A stretch of 64,000 bases of DNA, taken from a virus. Of this stretch, positions 57,844-64,000 are shown in pieces (positions within the stretch are counted from its first letter, which is position 1; every line of letters begins with the position of its first letter). Position numbers and translations under genes: made by a program. The stretch is from positions 20,207 through 84,206 of the IMG/VR virus record IMGVR_UViG_3300007960_000014, one strand, 5' to 3'. The notes under the pieces are model-generated. The model saw only the letters and a program-made list of their open reading frames with translations, was not told where the DNA came from and did no database searches.

Positions 57844-59127
57844 ATGTCACGTAATAATAGTCCCTCCGAACAAATAATCGATGAGATTGTTGCAAAAGTT
57901 CTTGCCGCTCCTATTACAATACCTCTTGGTATGGCGGGAGCCATAATTAAGTCCGCAGGAAAAGCCGGGGCTAAGGGTGTTGGCGCTGCTGGAGATGTCG
58001 GTGCTGCTGCAAGAAAAGCCACGACCGACACTGTCGGACTTACCAAAACTCCTGCAGAGCAGCAACAAGCCCAAAAAGCGAAGAGAGAGAAGCTTATTAC
58101 TAAACAGCTCAAAAAAGACCCTAAAAAAGCCGCAGAAATGAGTAAAGCTATTGAACCCACAGAGAAAACTAGCATGGAATCATTAAAAACACACCTTGAT
58201 GGAAATTTTGAGCTCTTCGTAGAGAATATTTTAGATGAAACTAGACTAAAGCCAGCTGACACTCCTCAAGGAAAATTCCAACGCGCAGAAAGTGCTAAGA
58301 GAGAGGCTGAGCAACGAGGAAAATCTGATGCCGAACAGCGCCAGATAGTTGCAAATAGAACTAAAGAAAGACAGCAAGGAACTCCTGCCGCAAAGATGCA
58401 AGCCAAAAAAGAGCTAAGACCTCTTAAAGCCAGGGATGTTAAAAAAGCTACTGCAGGTGTTGTAGGCAGAGCGGCTCAAAGAGTTGGTCAAGCCGAAGCA
58501 TCAGCAAAAGAGGCTAGAAAAGAAGCCACTCAAGCTAAAGCTGAATCAGACAAAGCAAGACAGAAAAACATAAAAGTAACTCAAAGAGCTCAAGCTTCCG
58601 CAGAAAGAAGAGCATCCGCAGCAGAAAGAAAATCCGCCTCCGAAGTTGCAGCTACTAGAGCTCAAAGAGAAAAATCAGCAGCTCGTTACAAAAAAGCTAA
58701 AGCTCGCATGACAGGAAAAAGCGATGCTTTCTTTAGAAAGAACAGACCTGAGTACAAAGAAATAGCTGCTAAGAAAGAAAAAGAACTTACCAAAGCAAAA
58801 GCAGAAGCTAAGTATGCTCCTAAACTTGCTAAAGCTGAAGCAAGAGGGGAGCGCAAGGCTGCGATGGCTAGATTTAAAGGTACCGAAGGCGGAATCGTTA
58901 GACGAGGCATTCGCAAAGCCCTTGGTAGAGAAGAGAAATTCCAGAGAAGACTAGCCCAGTACGGCTCTGAAAAGTTTGGTGGTGGAGTTGCCGCTCGCCA
59001 AGCTGCTTCGGAAAAAGCACAACAAAGAAAAGAAGAAGCTACGAAGAGAGCAAGCGAGAAAATCGTTGGCGAAAGCAAACGAGGCAGACTCGATTCTCTT
59101 ATCCGAGAGGGAGCGACTCGTCAATAA
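57844..59127 (+). CDS. Ala/Lys/Arg-rich coiled-coil protein, probably a head-internal DNA-binding protein
   Basis: 427 aa, strongly basic and low complexity. IIDE, ILDE, IVGE and LIRE sites. Late promoter. Confidence 0.55.
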   Translation: MSRNNSPSEQIIDEIVAKVLAAPITIPLGMAGAIIKSAGKAGAKGVGAAGDVGAAARKATTDTVGLTKTPAEQQQAQKAKREKLITKQLKKDPKKAAEMSKAIEPTEKTSMESLKTHLDGNFELFVENILDETRLKPADTPQGKFQRAESAKREAEQRGKSDAEQRQIVANRTKERQQGTPAAKMQAKKELRPLKARDVKKATAGVVGRAAQRVGQAEASAKEARKEATQAKAESDKARQKNIKVTQRAQASAERRASAAERKSASEVAATRAQREKSAARYKKAKARMTGKSDAFFRKNRPEYKEIAAKKEKELTKAKAEAKYAPKLAKAEARGERKAAMARFKGTEGGIVRRGIRKALGREEKFQRRLAQYGSEKFGGGVAARQAASEKAQQRKEEATKRASEKIVGESKRGRLDSLIREGATRQ

Positions 59128-59647
59128 GACTTTCTAAGTCTCTTCTTATCTTACCAGATGCTACTAGGTGGTATACACCGTAGGATTGGAATGCATCTTC
59201 TTGTACCTCAAATACCTCAAACATAAGGTTTTGGAATCTTGGCTGTATAGCATCACCAGGGATTAGCTTACGTCCTAGCTTGCTTTCTATGTACGCCTTG
59301 TTAAACGTGAACGTTTGGTCGTTTGTAAGCTGAATACCAAACTCACTAAGGTCTTCTTGGATTGCTAGAGGCTCGTAATGTCCTCGCACCAAAGTTTTAG
59401 AAAAGTATTTCTTTACCCGGTCTTCTCCGTACAAGTCATCTTTGGTATCCCCATCGGTCTCATACTTGTACACATAGAATTCAGAACCCCCAAGACCGAT
59501 AATCTCTTCATCAACTAAGTTAAACAACGAAATATCAGCGTTGTTTTCATCGAACATGTTAAGAAGCGAGGCGTCCCTGGATAAGGATTCTTCCTCTCCC
59601 ACGGATTCAAATTCGCGGAAGTGCTTCTTGTAGTCGTTCTCCGCCAT
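59099..59647 (-). CDS. gp14: Neck / head closure protein, gp14-like
   Basis: DDLYGEDR.K, LSEFGIQL, PGDAI and FEVFEVQED. Confidence 0.75.
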   Translation of the reverse strand: MAENDYKKHFREFESVGEEESLSRDASLLNMFDENNADISLFNLVDEEIIGLGGSEFYVYKYETDGDTKDDLYGEDRVKKYFSKTLVRGHYEPLAIQEDLSEFGIQLTNDQTFTFNKAYIESKLGRKLIPGDAIQPRFQNLMFEVFEVQEDAFQSYGVYHLVASGKIRRDLESLIDESLPLG

Positions 59648-60111
59648 TAGTCTTTCTCTTTTCCGGTAGAGGCTTGTCTTTGTTCGGATTCTCTACGGCG
59701 AGCAATTTCTTTTGCTCTTGAAACTAGTGAGTCTCTCTCAGTACTCAATGCTTTTCTGTCTTTGCGAAGAACACTAGAATTCCTATCCCAGTTCACTCTC
59801 ATAGCATTTAGCTGTTTTGTAATACCTGAGATTCTAGCTTGGATACCAGGAAGCTTGTCGGAAGGGTCGTTAGATTCTTGAACCCCGTAACGGTCTTTGC
59901 TTCGTACTGTACCAGTCTCATCAGTCTTGAATTTTTTCTTCAACGACGGAACTTGCTTACCCGACTTCTTATATCTCTCAGGAGACGTGGAGGGCTTTAC
60001 ACCTGCTTCTTCTCTCTCTTCAGGAGTAAGTGGCGTAAAGAACTTTTTAATCTTTTTTATCGCACCTTTCACCAGACCGGCTTCTTCTAAAATGTAATCT
60101 ACTTGCCTCAT
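59647..60111 (-). CDS. Basic internal-protein-like hypothetical protein
   Basis: N-terminal MRQVDYILEE resembles a capsid-targeting leader. Basic body. Confidence 0.55.
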   Translation of the reverse strand: MRQVDYILEEAGLVKGAIKKIKKFFTPLTPEEREEAGVKPSTSPERYKKSGKQVPSLKKKFKTDETGTVRSKDRYGVQESNDPSDKLPGIQARISGITKQLNAMRVNWDRNSSVLRKDRKALSTERDSLVSRAKEIARRRESEQRQASTGKEKD

Positions 60112-60725
60112 TTTCCTAATTTTCCTTTCTTAAGTTTCTTACGACGTTTTTCTTCAGCCTTAGCTTCTTTAGTTCCAGGCTTGATTCCCATGTCTGCGTA
60201 TCCTTTTTCATAGTTTTCGGAAATGCCTTGAGCGTCCCTAGCTGCAAGTTTAGCCGCCATAGTTCTAGACTTAAAAGTTTCTGGAGGAGCTTGAGCCATT
60301 TTAGACTCAGGCTTGATAGCACCTTTTCTTATGCGTCTTAGTTTATTTGCCATAATTTTACGAGTTCCGGCTGCAATCGCAGTGCCCTTCTTCAAGCTAC
60401 CGCTATACTGTTTTTCAACGACTACAAACTCTCCACGGGACATGCCTTCTTCAAAGTTTTTAACTTCGCTACCGTAGCTTACTTTACGCTGCTTACCGTA
60501 ATCAGAGTTTTTCTCATAGTCAGGACCCGTGTGCGCAGTGTACTCTTCCCCTTGATTGTTCACACCAATGGCTACATCACCAGGGACGGTCATTTTCGTC
60601 CAAGGAGCTTTTACATTAGTCTTAGAAATAGGGTCGTTAGCCTTCTCCTTTTTCATTTTTGTTTTTTTACCTTTAGCCTCATACGCTTCAGATAGCGGGT
60701 TGCTTTTGTGATTGAATAAGTCCAT
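60108..60725 (-). CDS. Basic internal-protein-like hypothetical protein
   Basis: Start set at MDLFNHK (60725), 2 nt after CTAAATAATA (60728-60737). LSE, FEE and ISE sites. Confidence 0.55.
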   Translation of the reverse strand: MDLFNHKSNPLSEAYEAKGKKTKMKKEKANDPISKTNVKAPWTKMTVPGDVAIGVNNQGEEYTAHTGPDYEKNSDYGKQRKVSYGSEVKNFEEGMSRGEFVVVEKQYSGSLKKGTAIAAGTRKIMANKLRRIRKGAIKPESKMAQAPPETFKSRTMAAKLAARDAQGISENYEKGYADMGIKPGTKEAKAEEKRRKKLKKGKLGK

Positions 60726-60729
60726 ATTA

Positions 60730-60903
60730 TTATTTAGTGTCTCTAGTTTGTTTTTTGCTCTCTTCTCCAGCATAAACTTCAGGGTCTATCCCTTTTCGCA
60801 GTTTAATTCTCCGTCGCGTAGCCTTCTTTGCAGATTCGTCCTTCTCAGCATCAGTAGTTGTACCTTGCTCAGTTTCAAAAAGTATTTTACCTATTATCTT
60901 CAT
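60730..60903 (-). CDS. Unannotated 57-aa internal-protein-like peptide
   Basis: MKIIGKILFETEQGTTTDAEKDESAKKATRRRIKLRKGIDPEVYAGEESKKQTRDTK*. Fills the gap between neighbours, and its leader resembles that of 60935..61126. Confidence 0.6.
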   Translation of the reverse strand: MKIIGKILFETEQGTTTDAEKDESAKKATRRRIKLRKGIDPEVYAGEESKKQTRDTK

Positions 60904-60934
60904 CTTATCTTTTGCGATTTTTTCGCGAATTTTT

Positions 60935-61126
60935 TTACGAGTCGTATACTCGTCCTACGTTTTCCGAACCTAATTTTCCGGCAAGTGATTCAAGCTTTCC
61001 AGGCTTTTTCTTAAAGTGTTTTTTCATCGCAGCTTTTTCCTTATCCTTAAGGTCTCTCATATCAGATAATTTTTTCTTAGCAGTTTTAATCGTGCGACTT
61101 TCTTCGATAATTCCGATAGGTTTCAT
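60935..61126 (-). CDS. Small basic internal-protein-like peptide
   Basis: MKPIGIIEE leader followed by a Lys-rich body. Starts 1 nt after the upstream stop. Confidence 0.55.
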   Translation of the reverse strand: MKPIGIIEESRTIKTAKKKLSDMRDLKDKEKAAMKKHFKKKPGKLESLAGKLGSENVGRVYDS

Positions 61127-61127
61127 A

Positions 61128-61928
61128 TTAGCAATTCCATTTACGTAGTGATTTGTTTATTCTAGAATCAGGGTCATTTGCAGTCTTTGCAGATGTTAGT
61201 CTTTTTTTCATACCGCTCATTCTAGCACAAAATGATTTGCGGCGCTTAGCAGATTTGCTTCCCTTCTTTAGCTTAGATGGCTTCGTAGTGACAGCAGTTT
61301 TTAGCTTAGAGCCAGGGTTCGCAGCTCGATAAGAAGCTACTCCTTTTTCGTTCAGACCACCTTCAGGGTTCTTGCCAGCTTTACGTTGCCACGCAGGGGA
61401 TTTGGCTTCTCTTAGATGCTCACTTAGAGATTTTTTCTTTTTTCCTTTTTTTCCTCCAGGCGTGACCTTTCCACTGCATACAGCAGAGGCATACATGTTG
61501 GCATAGGCAGATGGATAAACTTTAAATTTTCTTTTGGCTGCTGATTTCCCTTTCGGACATAGCTTGCCTTCAACGACGCGATATTCTTTCATAGTTTTAA
61601 CATTAGTAGGTTTAGGTCCTGTATTTCCAGCAGCTCTCTTTCGTTGAACAGCTGAACGTTTCTGTGATTTAGACATAGAAGCAGCTTTAGAAGATGGCAC
61701 ACATTTCGGATAGCCTTTACGTTTCTCTCCTTTCTGCCGTCCGCAGGGCTTATAACCTCCGCCTTTCTTAGGAGCTCCGATATCAACCCATTTTTCTGCA
61801 ACCCATTTGCGCAGGTCTTCGGTCAACTCCCCCCGCTTTTTCATGTCCAAGGCGATAGCAACCGCTTGCTTTTGTGGTTTACCTTCTTTCTTTAGAAGAC
61901 GGATTTTCCCTGAAACTGTCTTAGCCAT
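61128..61928 (-). CDS. Very basic multi-module protein, candidate protease-processed polyprotein
   Basis: Four distinct Lys/Arg-rich modules separated by ELTE, VVE and LSEHLRE. Late promoter CTAAATAAGA at 61930-61939. Confidence 0.7.
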   Translation of the reverse strand: MAKTVSGKIRLLKKEGKPQKQAVAIALDMKKRGELTEDLRKWVAEKWVDIGAPKKGGGYKPCGRQKGEKRKGYPKCVPSSKAASMSKSQKRSAVQRKRAAGNTGPKPTNVKTMKEYRVVEGKLCPKGKSAAKRKFKVYPSAYANMYASAVCSGKVTPGGKKGKKKKSLSEHLREAKSPAWQRKAGKNPEGGLNEKGVASYRAANPGSKLKTAVTTKPSKLKKGSKSAKRRKSFCARMSGMKKRLTSAKTANDPDSRINKSLRKWNC

Positions 61929-61946
61929 ATCTTATTTAGGTATAAT

Positions 61947-61981
61947 AAAAGAATAAGAGCCCAGATATTATCTGAGCTCTT
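61947..61981 (-). terminator. Intrinsic terminator after the 62001..62897 gene
   Basis: Minus strand AAGAGCTCAGAT-AAT-ATCTGGGCTCTT followed by ATTCTTTT. Confidence 0.75.
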
Positions 61982-62000
61982 TAAAAAAATTAGATATTTA

Positions 62001-62897
62001 TTAGCTATAATCGTGTCGGTTTATATCGTAATGAACAATTTGCTTTCCAGCTCTAGGCATGTAACCTAGTGGATTAGTAGCTGCGTCATAATAGGACCAG
62101 TGGTATAGATTAGCACCCGTTTGGACGGCTACGCCTAAACCATCTAATAGGTCGAATACATCTTGGGTCGTATCGTCCGCAGCAGCGTAAGCTCCACTCT
62201 TCACTGCATAACCGCCATTAAATATATCCCATTCCGTGAGGTTACTACGAGGGGATAGTTCTGGGAAAATGTTCCATTCATAACCCATGAAGACAGAATA
62301 CTGATTCCATATGTCTGGCTGATTAATATATACGCCTGACGCTACGCAATAGTATGTGTATACTTCCTCGGCCTGAGAAGCAGTGAAATCACTGTTGTCC
62401 CATGGTCTACGATTGAAATATTTTTGAGTGGTTTTTATAGAACCGCCCGGACCTAGAGTTCCGGTGACAAGAGTTCCGTATGAGATACCGTTAGCATCGG
62501 CACTTGCGGGATAAACAGTAAACTTCTGCGGTTGAGTGTAAGACGAGGTAGTGTATCTGTCGTATGACTTCGTCGCAGTGTAGGTTACATTTATCTTAGC
62601 AGCTAGCGCTGTGTGGTATTGATAACCAGATACAACGTTAACGGCAGGAACAAATCCTGATAGCGCAAAGTCAGCGTTACTTAGACGCGCACGCGACATT
62701 CTAGGATATCTAAAGTACTCTACTTCCATCGACTGGGTTTCGATAAACCATGGACCTGAAGAGTCTAAAGTTCCAAGACCGCTAGCGGCACCGCTAACGG
62801 CTGGAATCCCGGATGCGTTTCCGGTATAGCCTCCGCCACCTGATACATTCCAGGTAGTAGAGTTGGGGACTGAAGGGGTGGGTGCTGGTAAAGGCAT
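62001..62897 (-). CDS. Hypothetical monocistronic late protein, candidate abundant virion or decoration protein
   Basis: Own late promoter (62918-62927), AGGAG RBS and terminator. Ser/Gly/Tyr/Thr-rich. Confidence 0.6.
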   Translation of the reverse strand: MPLPAPTPSVPNSTTWNVSGGGGYTGNASGIPAVSGAASGLGTLDSSGPWFIETQSMEVEYFRYPRMSRARLSNADFALSGFVPAVNVVSGYQYHTALAAKINVTYTATKSYDRYTTSSYTQPQKFTVYPASADANGISYGTLVTGTLGPGGSIKTTQKYFNRRPWDNSDFTASQAEEVYTYYCVASGVYINQPDIWNQYSVFMGYEWNIFPELSPRSNLTEWDIFNGGYAVKSGAYAAADDTTQDVFDLLDGLGVAVQTGANLYHWSYYDAATNPLGYMPRAGKQIVHYDINRHDYS

Positions 62898-62968
62898 TGG
62901 GTGTTATAATCTCCTGTTATTATATAGGAAATATGTTTGTGTTATAAGTGCATTTTTAGTATTATTTT

Positions 62969-63104
62969 TAGGAGTCCCAGTTCGTCTAGGAGTCCCAAAG
63001 CTTAGGAGTCCCAGTTCGTCTAGGAGTCCCAAAGCTTAGGAGTCCCAAAAACCTGTAAATGAGACTCTGTGTATGTATTAAGATGTACGCGAGTAGGAGT
63101 CCCA
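62969..63104 (+). repeat. Six direct copies of TAGGAGTCCCA (iteron-like array)
   Basis: Copies start at 62969, 62987, 63003, 63021, 63037 and 63094. The first four form a duplicated 34-bp unit. Confidence 0.9.
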
Positions 63105-63150
63105 AAGACGCGAAGTTTTCCGGTGGCGAAAAAAAAATCCCATAAAAGGC

Positions 63151-63178
63151 TTGCATTCCTCGACGGCTATGGTATAAT
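63151..63178 (+). promoter_or_regulatory. Sigma70-type early promoter TTGCAT-16-TATAAT with extended -10 TG
   Basis: The -10 box ends 6 nt before ATG 63185. A-tract (UP-like) upstream. Confidence 0.75.
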
Positions 63179-63184
63179 AAGGAC

Positions 63185-63562
63185 ATGGAAGACACCCTGA
63201 AATATTGGCTCGGTGATGTCGAGCAGGCGTTCAAAGAGTTAGACCTTACGCCCGTGTTCAGCTTCCAGGGCTTACACGCCAAGGTTGGAAAGTATACCGT
63301 ATCGTGCCAATGGCACACTGGGGTACACTGCGATAACTATATGGCGGAGAACCCCGAGGAGTTCTGTAACGACTTCGAACTTGGTATTTGGGAAACCAAC
63401 TCGGGCAAGTGGATGCCGCTACATCCCGATAGCGTCTACGGAGACTCGCAAGTTATCGGCTATGTTGAGTGGAATAAACTCGTTCCTATTCTCTGCGTCG
63501 TTCTCAACGCGCACCTTTACAATAAGCCTGAGCTGATGCGTACGATTGGGAGCTGGGTGTAA
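63185..63562 (+). CDS. Hypothetical early protein
   Basis: 125-aa ORF directly after the early promoter. Confidence 0.7.
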   Translation: MEDTLKYWLGDVEQAFKELDLTPVFSFQGLHAKVGKYTVSCQWHTGVHCDNYMAENPEEFCNDFELGIWETNSGKWMPLHPDSVYGDSQVIGYVEWNKLVPILCVVLNAHLYNKPELMRTIGSWV

Positions 63563-63637
63563 GCCCGGCTCTCATAACCACTTAGGCGCGGGGCGCGGTC
63601 CCCGTGCGCGTAAGTACTTGTCCTGTAAGGGTTTAGG
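63559..63637. repeat. Structured intergenic element: two GTAAG-N17-YTTAGG boxes flanking a GC-rich hairpin
   Basis: Boxes at 63559-63586 and 63610-63637. Imperfect inverted repeat ACTTAGGCGCGGGG...CCCCGTGCGCGTAAGT. Confidence 0.55.
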
Positions 63638-63654
63638 ATTTTTAGGAAAAGTGC

Positions 63655-63682
63655 TTGACCTGCCCTAGCGCGACTGTATAAT
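63655..63682 (+). promoter_or_regulatory. Sigma70-type early promoter TTGACC-16-TATAAT
   Basis: Shares GTATAATAAGGACATGGAA exactly with the promoter at 63151. Confidence 0.75.
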
Positions 63683-63688
63683 AAGGAC

Positions 63689-63931
63689 ATGGAAAACAGC
63701 GAATGCATCCCCTGCGGTAGCACCGAAATCCGCGATTGCGACTTCCGAGATGAAATCTCCCAGCAATATAACGCCTGGGTGGGAGGAATGTGCCAAAACT
63801 GCCAAGATGCAATGGTCCGCTCGCAACGCGTGAAAAACCTTTACGGTTTTGAAGATGACGTGGAAAACCTTTACGGTTTTGAAGATGATAACGACCCGAA
63901 CCCTTACCACGGAACCTACTCGGAGGAGTAA
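63689..63931 (+). CDS. Small acidic early protein with two CxxC motifs (possible Zn ribbon) and an internal duplication
   Basis: CIPC and CQNC, VKNLYGFEDD-VENLYGFEDD, C-terminal PNPYHGTYSEE. Confidence 0.65.
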   Translation: MENSECIPCGSTEIRDCDFRDEISQQYNAWVGGMCQNCQDAMVRSQRVKNLYGFEDDVENLYGFEDDNDPNPYHGTYSEE

Positions 63932-63933
63932 AA

Positions 63934-64000
63934 ATGCCACTTCCGCCTGACCTCTCTAAGCCTCTCTTTGCTCTGTTCCCTGACGCGGCTGACGCTGTGA
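63934..64000 (+). CDS. Start of the next early gene (truncated by the window edge)
   Basis: GGAGG RBS then ATG. MPLPPDLSKPLFALFPDAADAV is open to the edge. Confidence 0.5.
   Translation, partial: MPLPPDLSKPLFALFPDAADAV

Noticed and set aside
60901-60960. Possible frameshift joining 60935..61126 to 60730..60903 at the A7 run
   Set aside because: The A-run starts within the stop codon itself and the downstream ORF has its own ATG and leader, so there is no supporting evidence.
483-61801. Numerous 60-190 aa ORFs antisense to, or in alternative frames of, recognised genes (e.g. 2699..3193, 10147..10614, 11582..12163, 57840..58262, 58686..59078)
   Set aside because: Shadow ORFs produced by codon bias. 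They have no motifs, promoters or RBS.
62969-63104. CRISPR array interpretation of the TAGGAGTCCCA repeats, prompted by the Cas4-like gene in the window
   Set aside because: The repeats are 11 bp and most spacers are only 5-7 bp and themselves repeated. The Cas4-like nuclease is a common solo phage recombination enzyme located 16 kb away.
62986-63318. 110-aa minus-strand ORF across the repeat array and first early gene
   Set aside because: It is antisense to a promoter-supported gene and runs through non-coding repeats, with no initiation signal.
1-64000. Stop-codon reassignment, introns or inteins
   Set aside because: All conserved genes are uninterrupted in code 11, and TAA, TAG and TGA all end genes. 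No intein or homing-endonuclease insertion was seen in the terminase, portal, helicase or primase.
1-64000. tRNA or rRNA genes
   Set aside because: Intergenic gaps are tiny and no cloverleaf or T-loop signature was seen by eye. A tRNAscan-SE run would confirm this.

Overview
The window is 64 kb of a large T4-like (contractile-tailed) dsDNA phage genome in the standard genetic code, most likely an uncultured environmental lineage. The host cannot be named from the sequence. About 62 kb is a nearly continuous minus-strand virion morphogenesis region: terminase gp17, portal gp20, protease gp21, scaffold gp22, capsid gp23, neck gp13/gp14, gp15, sheath gp18, tube gp19, tape measure, baseplate gp6/gp25/gp26/hub/spike, and very large fibre or wedge proteins. 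Replication and expression genes are interleaved with it, several on the opposite strand: gp55-like late sigma factor, Holliday junction resolvase, primase, UvsW-like helicase, Cas4/AddB-like nuclease, a UDG-like plus 3'-5' exonuclease polymerase fragment, and a glycosyltransferase. At about 62.95 kb an iteron-like repeat array marks a switch to plus-strand early genes with host-type sigma70 promoters. Most notable signals: (1) a candidate -1 programmed frameshift fusing gp26 to an unannotated gp51-like frame; (2) a basic 266-aa protein that looks like a four-module polyprotein cut by the prohead protease, within a cluster of internal-protein-like genes; (3) about 15 copies of a late-promoter motif NTA(A/T)ATAA, used with a Shine-Dalgarno leader mainly for high-copy proteins and nearly leaderless for many low-copy ones; (4) Ser-Gly enrichment in virion proteins together with a phage glycosyltransferase, suggesting virion O-glycosylation; (5) a structured element between the early gene cassettes. 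All product calls come from motif recognition and gene order, without database searches.
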